A stretch of 63,878 nt of DNA, the filler included, from Hyphochytrium catenoides (taxonomy: Eukaryota; Protista; Hyphochytriomycota), in the NCBI GenBank assembly GCA_900088475.1. It is 10 parts of 10 records of this genome, joined end to end, with 100 filler letters (N's around TTAATTAATTAA, not from the genome) between each part and the next. Parts side by side here need not be neighbours in the genome. Positions count along the whole stretch, not along the records: positions 19,698 to 41,725 come from FLMG01001117.1; 9 more parts are not named here. The stretch is one strand, 5' to 3'. Positions 24,461-35,189 of this stretch are shown piece by piece. Positions within the stretch are counted from its first letter, which is position 1, and each line of letters opens with the position of its first letter. A program made the position numbers and the translations under genes. The notes under the pieces are model-generated. The model ran no database searches. It had not been told where the DNA came from and saw only the letters and a list, made by a program, of their open reading frames with translations.

Positions 24461-25893
24461 CTAAGCCCTTGCTGAGACTCTCCCCTCTGGTTGGAGACAG
24501 AGTGTAATACTCCGGAGTAATAATTCTAAATGAGGCAATGAGAGATCATTCAACCTTCTTTTGGCCTGTCCAACGCAGCTCACGGAGGGTGCCTGAGGTG
24601 CGTCAGGTGGATTGATGGATGAAGAAGACGATGATGGTGGGTGATGCAGCAAGGTGCACCTCTTCCCTCCTCCTTTCCTCCTCCTGGCCTCCTGAGTGAC
24701 CCGCTCCTCCCTCCTCTTCGTCCAGATGGAGAGAATGAAGGAGGAAGGCGCTATGATGATTGCGACATCAAGATGATAAGCTGAGAGGGAAGAAAGAAGC
24801 AGGTTGCGGTGATGATAATTAGAGGAGGAGAAGAGCGAAGAATCGGGTTAGAGATGGTCGATGATTATACTTTATTGGTTGGAAGGAGGGCGAGGTGGTG
24901 ACAGTAAGAGCAGCAAGAAGAAGGATGGAAGGACCACTCTCACTTTCCTGTTCTAAAAAACCTTCTTGAAGCGATGTCCAATACCAGGAACAAGTTCTGT
25001 TCCTTCCTGCTAGACACTCATCACGAAGCTCCCCGTTTCCTCTCCTCACAACAGGCCTGCTGCTGGTGGCTGGCATGACATTGAAAGCAAGGGCCAAAAG
25101 GGGTCAGATTGTCTCCTCGTGCACCGCGAGGCTACTACCTCTCGCTTTTTACGACGCCTTGAGAAAGATGATAAAGCGCAGGGAGCAAATTTTGCACTGG
25201 TCACCAGTAGATAAATTTGGCGTGTTACCTTACGTTCCTTGCTTTCTCCCAGCCTCGTCCCTATTCCTTTGACTACTGAAGCACTCCTACTCTTTCTCTC
25301 GTGTCTGGTCGTCCCTGTCAGTCTACCTAGAGTCCTATGATTATCTTGTTGCTGGCCTCCTCTTCGTCCTGCATGTGACAAGAAAGAGGAAGAACAAAGG
25401 AGACGAGAATTACACCACACACCACTAGGGAGGCTACTTTGTAGGAAGAAGAGGGACGAAAAAGGAAGATGAGGGACAAGAATGCATTGGCTATAGTCTT
25501 ACAGATCAAAGACACCTGGGTCCCTAGTTCATGAGGCAAAAACGAAGTTGACTTCTTAAAGGAGGTGAAAGGTGCGAGTCAGGCAAGACTTGAGAAAAGC
25601 AAAAGTGAAGACGTGTGGCGCTGCTTTGTACTTCCATAGCAAGCAAGAGTGTCGACTTCTCTGACTGCCTGTTCTGACTTCTCGATTCCTCCCTTTTTAC
25701 TTTGTGGAGTTAAAGAGACCTCAGCGTTGATTGGGCTGCAAAGTGTTTGACAGCAGAGGGGGCTGGGACCATTCAGAGGAGACCTTATTTATAATAAAGC
25801 TTTTCAACCTTGTAGCAAGGGGTTTTCCCCTTCGTCGTAATAGTACAAAGACTACTCTGAGGTCATAGCCTGCTCTGAACTTGCTCCTCTTCA

Positions 25894-25973
25894 CGTTCTC
25901 TCGTTGTCAAAGCATCTAACATGTCATAATCGTCGTTCTCTCGTTGTCAAAGCATCTAACATGTCATAATCGT
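25894..25973. repeat. Perfect tandem duplication, 2 x 40 nt
   Basis: cgttctctcgttgtcaaagcatctaacatgtcataatcgt occurs twice head to tail, ~250 nt upstream of paralog B. Confidence 0.95.
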
Positions 25974-26219
25974 CAAGTACGTCGAGCTCCACCACTCCGT
26001 TCGCTCTACGTTCTACTTGCTCTCTTCTAGCTGCTTATGTCTGCTCAGGTCTGTTTTGTGGTGGAGTGGAGCGAGTATGGCAACGTTCACAACATCCACC
26101 TACAGTTCATCACTTAAAGAAATTCCATCCGCTGCCAAGTACCTCCAACCCAAGCTCAACGCTGCCTAATCAAGGGCCACACAGAAGCACAAAGAAAAGT
26201 CTACCTTCCACGAAAAATA

Positions 26220-26705
26220 ATGGCTTTTCTAAGAGTCCTTGCTGTTGCTGCTGCCGCAACCTTTACCGCTCTGGCCGCACCCTCTGTTGAGGCATCCATG
26301 TATCCCCCCAACTATCAGGTGCAATCTGATTGTAGGCAGGACGGCCCTGTGAAGGTCTGCGCCATCAACAAGGACTACAACGTCCCTCGTCTGCTTGTCG
26401 AGTACACTGGCTACCTGCACAATGAGACTCCCGGAAAGGTTAATGCATGGGTTAAGCTTAACTCTCGCACTGGCACCTTTAAGCTGACCAACATCTCACA
26501 GTATGAGTACAAGGTTATTGGCGATCTCCAGAACGTAACCTGCTGTTGGAGCTCCGATCCTCCCCTTGAAGAGGAGAGAGCACTCTTCTTCTATGCCTAT
26601 GACCAGAATGGAAAGGCAAACGCTTGGGATGTAGAGGTTGCACTCTTCAATGAGGAAAAGAAGTGGGATAGCAAGTACGGCGCAAACTACAAGTTCCGCC
26701 TCTGA
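26220..26705 (+). CDS. Secreted 161-aa protein, paralog B
   Basis: Intact intronless ORF with signal peptide; about 117/161 residues identical to paralog A by manual count. Confidence 0.9.
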   Translation: MAFLRVLAVAAAATFTALAAPSVEASMYPPNYQVQSDCRQDGPVKVCAINKDYNVPRLLVEYTGYLHNETPGKVNAWVKLNSRTGTFKLTNISQYEYKVIGDLQNVTCCWSSDPPLEEERALFFYAYDQNGKANAWDVEVALFNEEKKWDSKYGANYKFRL

Positions 26706-29137
26706 AGTAGTAGCAGATTGATGACTAAACGAAAAAAAGTTGGGAAGGGGCCAACCAACGAGAGACGACCGACCATCGTAGGCAGTACCTCAGCGCTATG
26801 AAAATATGCAAGGAGTCCAAGCCACCCAGGACACAGCCTTTCCCCTTTTCCCATAAATTATAAATAGAAGTCTAGGTATATTCTCTTTCTAAAACAATGA
26901 TGATCCCTTGTGCTGCCACGGAGACACAAGGAAGATGTCGACGAGTCCAAATCTAAGAAGAACAACAAAAAATCACTAGGCCTTGCTCATCATTGCACCT
27001 CTCTGTGGGACTATTGTTGGTTGGGGATGCCTCTCGGTCCCCGCGGCGCCAACATTAACTCGCTGTCTTTTGCTCTCGCCCTAAATTCGTTGCTCTCCTC
27101 TGAAATATTTATGCCGTTACGGACCGTCCTTGTCTGTCTCTCGGTCTCTCTCTTCTNNNNNNNNNNNNNNNNNNNNNNNNNNNNNNNNNNNNNNNNNNNN
27201 NNTCTGCACTGTTCTGAAGGAAATTGGACCCAGAAGCGAGTCGCCGACTAAGGGACAGTACTATAGAGTGAAAGGCGATATATCACTTTAACGTTTGAAT
27301 CGGAGCCAGAGCGCTGCTGGTATCTGCATCAGCTGAGGGAAGTACCACCGGACACAGAGGTCAAGTCACTCTCTCTCATGGTCTACGTCCTTCGCATCGT
27401 TATCCTTCATGCTTCTTCCTTCTTTCTTTGGCACTATTAGTAGGTGGTGGAACACTCTGTGAAGGCTGCCGATGAGTCAGTCAGAACACACCGTTCCTGG
27501 AAATGACAATAATGACGAGGTAGCCCCTCGCTCCTGGATTGCTTCTTCATCTTATTCCAATCAACCTGGACAACGATGTTCCTGCTCTTTGTATCCCGTC
27601 TGTCCTCTTCCTCTACCGCTCTTCTCTCCTCTACCCTCTTTTCTCCTCTACCCTGTCTCTCTTATCTCTTCTGTGCCCGCTAAAGTGCTCTCCTTTCTCT
27701 CTGTCGCTTGCTCAATCTCCTTCTTACGCTGCAAGTCCGTTGTGTTATCTGTGAGGCTCTCCTGTTCTTACTCTCTACCGTTGATGCTACTAGCCTCTCT
27801 TCTCTTCTCGTCTCTCTCTTTCTCCTCTCACTATTTTTCGGCTTTCTTCTCTTCCGTTTCTACCCCTTCCGCTCCTTTCGTCTCTTGCGTCTCTTGTCTT
27901 TTCGCTCTTGCTTTAGCGGCCTTGAGTCACTTTTCAGTTTACCCTCATCTATCCTCTCTCTGTACATTCTCTAGTCTCATGGCTATAGCAGCAGTCCTTC
28001 TATGTCAGCCTCTTCTTGCGTGAGTATTATGGCAAGTGTTAGCTATGATGGCAGCAGGAGGTATTAAGATTCGACCGCCGCAAAAGGTCTAGAAGGTAAA
28101 ATGAAAGGGAGGCGACGTATGTACCAAAATATGACGTGGGGACACTCGGCGCCTTTCTTTGCTGCCCGTTCTTTCCATCTGTCATCCGTACTGGCTCGGT
28201 CTCTTGTTCTAGCTTACACTCCTTTTGATATTTTTGGTGATCTTGCTCTCTCAGTGATCATGAGAGCGATATAATACATCGCACTTTCACCGCGACAACT
28301 CTCACCAGTGTCTCTCTTTAGAAAAGCTGGTACCTATGTGTTCTATGTGTGCAGCTTGCAAGTGCCGTTCGTCTTACCACTAGTGGATACTCAGCCATAG
28401 GTTGAGGAACGACTGGCAGCAGGCGGACGGGAAATAACGATCAAGAGCGGCAGCCTTCAAGCTTAGCTAAGCGCAGGACGAGTTCGGCCCGCACGCGGAG
28501 TCGACGACTGGCTCAAGAAGGAGGAGACTTTCCCTTCTCTTATCCCCATCGGGCAAGCTTTCTGTCCTTTAGTTAGCCTACTCTATCCCTTCCTTCTTTC
28601 CTCGTAGCTACCACTGGCCTTTGAATAGCTTCACTAACTTCTATTTGCCAACGCTTTCCCTTGGCCTTCCTCTGACTGGTCTCTCCCCTCCATCACTCTT
28701 CTTTTTCGTTTTCCTCTCTCTGATACATATAGTAAGCAACGCTTCCTTTCTCTCACCTCCTGTTCATGTTCCCACTACAGATTGCTTTAAAAATTCCCTA
28801 GCTCCCCCTTCTTCCTAAGTGTCCTCGGAGACAATCTCTACTATATCGTCCTATTAGATTCGCTAACAACAAGGACTCTTCAGTTTATTATTAACAACTT
28901 CTCTGTTTCTGCATTCTGGCCTCCTCTGCTGTTGCTCCCTTCTTCAGCTAAACCCCAATGTGTGCCTAACCTCAAGGTTGATTGCTCTCTTATCTGGTTC
29001 TTTCTCCTTGCAGCGGCTCTCTCTAATGTAGAGTAGGTTGATAGTGCTACGCTACGTCGTAGCATTCCTCAGTCTCCTTCTCTTCTGAATTGGTGTCCAA
29101 TCCCCTTTTAAGCTCCATCGTCGGTAGTCATGCTCTT

Positions 29138-31010
29138 CTACAAGCGAAACGCAAACTGGACGATCCAGGTAATAAATGCGGAAAATAAACCTGATGTTGG
29201 GATAGTCACCAGCCATGCCAGGACAATACTTCCGATCACCTTCCATTGAATTCGTTTGAAGCCATAAACTGCGACACCAATGAAGACCACGGCTCCAACT
29301 TGGCAATGGGTCGAAGACACGGGAAGTTTAAGCACCGAGGCGATCACGACCGCAACCGCAGAGCCCAGCTCAACACAGAAGCCACGCTGGTAATTGAACA
29401 GGGTCAGGTCTTTGCCGAGGGTTTCCATAACCCTGTAGCCCATGATATAAATGCCGGTAGCTAGAAAGAAGCTCCCAATTAGCATGATCCACCATTCGCT
29501 ATCGGGGGAGTCACAGCTATAAAGTCCATCTGAAACCCATCAATCACAGCGCTAAGTGCTGCAGTGGAGTTTGCGGTGTCATTTGAACCATGCGCATAAG
29601 AATCCAGAGCAGCGGCAATGACCAAAAGATACTTGAACATCCACATAGCGTCTTCTTGCTCCTCACTAAGGCTCTCGTATTCAGTTATGACTTGAAAGGA
29701 AGGCCGGTCAGCGTCTAGTGATGTAAAGTCAGCGGCACCAGGTGAGGAGGAGCTCACTAGTGAGAGATCATCCATGGTTTCTTTTGTTGGAGTTAGCAAC
29801 ACTCTGTAGCGCTATGTCTGACAGCTCGCTATCCTCTTCACTGGTATTATTCTCCAAGTCAGCCGGGCGCAAGCTGTGTCGTGATGGAGAGGGCTGGGAT
29901 ACGGTGAGGTCATTGCTAGTAGTTCCTTCCTTTTCTGTATTTCGTCCCCAACCGCCGAAAAGCCTGTTGTCCCGACGAGCTCGCAAGAGCAAGATAATGA
30001 GATTTGTATAATTAAGCTTGCTCGCAGCATCCACAGAGGGAAGATGTCGCCTTACGTAGGGGAGAAGAAAAACTAGAACCTGGCCAGCAGCCACGAGACC
30101 TCCAATCAATCCGCCGACTATTGACCAATACGTAGCCACGTTTTCCGTCACCGGTGACTTGTATAAGGAGATGAAGACAATAAGAAAAACCACAATGAAG
30201 TAAAGAGCTGGCAAAAGCGAGCAAGCCTACTCGCCGTGGAGACTTCGCCTTAAGGATAAGATAGTATGTTGTAAGATAATGGAAGCAGACAGTCAAGACA
30301 CCAGATACAAGTGGTGAGATAACCCACGACAACATAATGCCGGTGAGGTTGTTCCATCCCCAGCTAAGGCAATCAAACCCGACGGTACTGACGGTCATAC
30401 CAATGACTGCACCCACCACTGAATGCGTTGTCGAAACAGGCATCTTCAGAGCTGAACACATGAGGATGAAGGTGCCCGCACCGTAGAGTGATGACATCAT
30501 ACCGACGTAGTACTCAGTCATTCGACTGTCACACTGACCACAGGCAAAGCAGCTGGGCTCACGATAGTCAGTGATTCCCTTCTGAAGTGACGTTGATACG
30601 CCATAACCCAACGTCGTAGCTCCAAGCATTTCCATAATCCCAGCAATGATACTACAGGCATTTCGTAAGCGAATAGCGTAGGAATGGACACTGGTTGACC
30701 AAGCGTTGGCTGCATCATTGGCGCCAACGCTGAACGCCATGACTGCCATTCCGATGGCTGCAAAGATGAGAAGACCATAGTTGTTCCTCACTGATCTATA
30801 GTCTCCACCGTATGGCGCGCAGGTTGTGGTGCCTGTTGGAAGTGTTGCCAGACTTTCCAAGTATGCACAGTCATAGACTCCGTCATCCCTCGTACACGTC
30901 GTGCCTAAGGGGTCACATTGTTCCCGAGTGATAGAAGGTCTGTGGCTGACAACAGCATAATAGGAAGCAGCAACATTTCTGTTCTGTTCGCTAGCTGCAC
31001 GGACAATCAT
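29138..31010 (-). pseudogene. PiT/SLC20 (PHO4 family) phosphate transporter interrupted by three single-base frameshifts (pseudogene or assembly indels)
   Basis: Both PiT signatures are present: AFSVGANDAANAWST and PVSTTHSVVGAVIG; HGSNDTAN, GYRVMETLG, RGFCVELGSA and LPVSSTHCQVGAV. They are spread over four consecutive ORFs with frame breaks near 30213, 29783 and 29531 and no intron signals. Confidence 0.88.
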
Positions 31011-31932
31011 TTATTGATTCTGCTGGCGACGGAGACTGATGAAAAAGCGATTATTAATGAGGTTTGATTGATGATGCGGTGCACTGAAAATGAAGAGTCG
31101 ACAGCAACGAGTTTCCTTTGTGGAGACGGTCGACAACCTTAAAAAATCAGAGGTCGTTGTTTGCTTTGCAAAAGGTGGCAAACCCCCTTGGTAGTAGTAG
31201 TGGAGATGAGACACGATTGGCTGCTGTAAAAGACTTCAAAGATTTGATGGTTTGCTCTCCTCCTCCACAGATGATGATGAGTCTTGTTGCGTTTGTTTCG
31301 TCTGTACATTGTTCTATTAATAAAGATTCCCTCGTCCCATAGTGTCCTCCAAAACTGCTGGAGGTGGCTATCCTTGGGACAGGCTCCACTTGGGGCCGAA
31401 TCTTTGGGCTGGTGGCTAAAGATAATATGGAACTATAACACCTTGTTGTTGTGACTTCTGGCGGTTCATACCAGCTGCTGCCTTTCAAGTATGGGTGGGG
31501 CCTCTCAGTCGCTGTAAGATTACTACTTGCACTTTCTTTTGGGGATTGTTGGAAGTGGTCAGTCAGGCAGCAGCCAAATTGGCCATTCCCTGAAGTCATT
31601 TTTTCTGAGGTTGACGTTTCCTTGTATCTAATCTAGTAGACTGCTGTATGTATGGAGAGAGAGGTTGACGTTTCTTACGACCTAAAGGACCTTTCATAAC
31701 CTAGACTGTATGGATAGCGAAGCAACTTCCTCCGGCTTCTTGCTGATCATGGAAGTCGACTTCATTAGCTTCTTTCTTCTTGCGCTGAGACAATTTGCGC
31801 GCGCGGATGATGCCGCCGCTTCTTAGTTTCAAAAACAAGATTTCTTATCAGGGAGTACGAAGCCGCGATTAACAATAATAATATCCATGTTTGTGCCCTC
31901 TTCTTGGGTGAAGGAAGTCCAGAAGAAGGAAA

Positions 31933-32511
31933 ATGAATCGAGCTCAAAAGAGAATGATGTCCGCAGTATGTAGTGCAACATTGCCGACGACATTCAAGAA
32001 CTGTGGAGGGGCGGCAGCAATACCTAACGACAATCCTTCTTCTACCGTCAAGGTACTCGATGTGACGCCGACGCGCTTGCGGGGAAGTTCAGATGAGTGG
32101 AAGTTCCCTATTAGCTTCATGATGGCAGGCCCGTCAAAACGACCACTTTTTGTCTATAGGAGGTCTGAAGACATTAGAAAAGCCAAACGCGCTGTCTGTG
32201 ACTACATGCACTTGCTTCTTATTATGGTGGATAGCCCGTTCTACGAGGATGCGCGCAAGATTGGTAGTCTACCCTTTCCGCGTCGACGGTTTTGGTCTTA
32301 CATGCAGAGCAAGATTGCATACGAACGAGCAAGGATAATAAAGCTGTGGCTTGAGGAAGCAAGCGATATCTTGGCAAGGGGCCGCCGAACGAAAGTACTG
32401 TTCTTCTTTGGGGATTCGTTTGGCTTATACAGAGACTTTTTTCTACTTGCTCTTTCACCCGGAGTACTGGTCTATATTTCAAGCTTCTTGCAATATTATC
32501 AAGCAGTTTGA
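31933..32511 (+). CDS. Hypothetical protein with divergent PX (Phox)-like domain
   Basis: 192-aa non-repetitive ORF; FVYRRSEDI...SLPFPRRRF...IAYERARIIKLWLEE follows the PX order RRYSxF / PxxP / ERRxxLExYL. Confidence 0.45.
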   Translation: MNRAQKRMMSAVCSATLPTTFKNCGGAAAIPNDNPSSTVKVLDVTPTRLRGSSDEWKFPISFMMAGPSKRPLFVYRRSEDIRKAKRAVCDYMHLLLIMVDSPFYEDARKIGSLPFPRRRFWSYMQSKIAYERARIIKLWLEEASDILARGRRTKVLFFFGDSFGLYRDFFLLALSPGVLVYISSFLQYYQAV

Positions 32512-32770
32512 ATCTTTGTGAGTCTCCTCCTGCTGCTGGTAAACCTCATCCTCACACACCTTTTTTCTACTGCCATATGGGCTTCAGTCCTATGCGTAGC
32601 AACCCAAGTACAGGCCAAACTGTTGGCGCCCAAGAGCACCAGCTTCAATATAGGCCCCTGGTAGTCGAGCTTCTGGTATCGCCCAAGAAGGTAGCGGTAT
32701 CACCGTTAGCGTCGTGCAAAAAGAAAGAGAAAGCGAAAGAGAGAGAANNNNNNNNNNNNNNNNNNNNNNN

Positions 32771-32805
<35 letters not shown>

Positions 32806-33623
32806 GAAGAAGGAGAACGAAGGAGGAGAGGGAGAAGACAAGAGAGCGAGATAAGGAGTACAGTGATGACCTCCAATCTAAGAACACAAGAGAGAAAGGG
32901 AAGATATTGGACAGAGCCATTAGAGCATGACCAGCAGAGCGAAACCGTCCTATCTTAAATTTCAATCTGGTGGGTTTAAGGAGATTACGAAGAAGCAGAG
33001 AGCAAGATGCATTCCGACGGAGAGAGGTCGACAGTGAGGATGATGGTGAGAGAGACCGAAGAAGAAGGAGGACCGGTGCAGAATGAAAATAGAGCGCGAA
33101 CGAGGAGAGAGAAGCAGGGAAGACCAAGCAGTGAGGAGGAAGGCCGAGGATGATGATAAAAAAGGCTTCCCCCATCCACTCATTTAATGAAACGATGAGG
33201 GTAAAGCGCACGAGGAATGATACTTTGTGCCTGTCTGAGAGACGAGGACCTTCAGCGAGGATGGAGAAATGAAAGAAGAGAGAGACGAAAGCAATAGAGA
33301 AAGCGGGAGAGAAGCAAGGGAGAGGGACAGAAAGAGAGAGAGAGAGGGAAAAGGAGAAAGAAGAACAGGAAGAACAGTAAGGAAAGGGACTTAATCTTAT
33401 TCAACGCATCGTCCTCATTCGAGTAGACAGCCACCCCTTGTCCTCTTCTGTTTTGATTGTCTCTCTTACCACTCCAACTATTCTTCCCCTTTTTTCACGA
33501 CTAACACTGAAGAGAAGACAAAAGACAGCGTGACAGAAGGGAGACCAGGAGGCAGCAAGGTAGCAGCAGTGCCCATATATATTAGTCGTGGAGGAGGATC
33601 TAATGTTCACATCCTTAGGGCTA

Positions 33624-35189
33624 CTATCGCACCGCAACCTTTGAAGACAAGCTCCGCCCACCGCTCCCCTGTTTTGGCTTTGTGACAGCGACACTAGCAC
33701 CTCTCCTGACTCCTCGCGGCTGCTGGACCGAGGACCAGTAAACAAAGCGATTAAAGGGATCGAGTAACATGCTGTACACTTGCTCCTCAACTCTTCGAAA
33801 AATCGAGACTGAAAGTTCTGCACTGTTGTTGGGATCTTGAAGGGCCCCGTTCACAGCGGCGGTGACCGTCTGCCGCAACGAGGAGCTGATGTTAACCTCA
33901 TAAGCGGCTCCAAGGGACAAATGGTCGTGAACAATTTTCTTCATCGCCGGAACTCTTTCGGCTGTCTTGGCTTTCTCCTGAAAGTCGTAGATCGCAATAA
34001 TGAACATCACATTCTCCACAGCCAACTCCCTGACCATGTAGTCTTTGAAGAGGAGAAGCGTCTCCTTTGAAGCCATAAGTTGGTCCCTCAACTCGGCGAT
34101 GTTGCGGACTTTCTTATACTTGTTGCTTGCCATTTGATCATCATCCTGACTACCAATACTCGCCCTGGATGATGTATGAGATGACCTCTGCATATCAGCA
34201 ATCTGCCGGCGGTGGACCCTTCTCGCCGATAAGAGCACTTGGAGAGGGATCAGGATAAGGTAAGCTAGCAGATAGCCTGCAATCCATATGAAAGTACATG
34301 CCCAGCAAAGGTTGTCAAAGACCTCCCGGCGAAGAGATCCATCAGTAAGGAACTGCTTTATCCAAAAGGGCAGCTCTAGAAAAAGATAGCACACAGCGAC
34401 AAAGCTTGACTGCTTTTGAACTAGTCTTCGAAATGGATATGCTTCCTCTACTTGCTTGAGGTTGGCAGCGATGCGCTTCGTGATCCCTACGAAGAGGACT
34501 CCGTTCATGCACTTAACCACAAACTGTCCACAGAGAGAGCATGAACAACATTGCTGAGTACCTCAAAGTTAATCACCAGCAACCTGGGAAGCACCACCTA
34601 CCTCAGTCGTTGTAAGAGATGTGCATCTTAGGTCCTGGAGAGGTGAACGCAGAGTCTCTGCATCCTTGCTGAACAGACGGTAGAGCGGAAAGGTCATGGT
34701 GATACTAAGAGTGAAGATAACCACCATTCCTATCAGACGGTATCCTTCAAAGAATTGCTTGTTTCTCACAAACCAGCTGTTAACTTCACCCTTAGAGAGG
34801 CAGAACTGACACCTATATGTTAACCACAGGTGAAGATGAGTAGATATCCCGTACACCGCAGTTGGGATATAGGTCAGATGAACAGCGAGAATGTGTGCCC
34901 AGCATGGTAGGTTGGGCGTGATCAAAGGGTGAACGTATGAATAGACAGCAGTGACCATTGATAGCGTACTGCCACCAATGATTTGAACAGGGGCCACCGT
35001 GAGAGGGAAAACTTTGCGATAGGCCCACAAGTTTGCGGTGACGAATAACACCGCTACTGCCATAGCAATTTGGACTAGCCAAGCGACATAGTAGGCCCAT
35101 GATCCTGTTCCGCTCGGCCAGTTTGATAGGTACGGGTTCGGTACTCCTTCAAGCATAGTGCTTGACGGATAATAATCCTGGGCTCTCAT
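33624..35189 (-). CDS. 7TM-RGS protein 1 (multi-pass membrane domain fused to RGS domain), 2 exons
   Basis: A 78-nt GT-AG intron (34524-34601) joins ...CTSLTTTE|FVVKCMNG in phase 0. Several TM helices precede an RGS box: FKDYMVRELAVENVMF...HLSLGAAYEVNISSSLR...IFRRVEEQVYSMLLDPFNRF. Confidence 0.9.

Noticed and set aside
25894-25973. Tandem repeats here, at 54583-54689 and at ~38503-38558 as CRISPR-like arrays
   Set aside because: Only two units each, no series of unique spacers, no cas genes, eukaryotic context.
29138-31010. Tiny introns or programmed frameshifting explaining the PiT breaks
   Set aside because: No suitable GT-AG pairs, shifts go in both directions, and the sites share no slippery motif.
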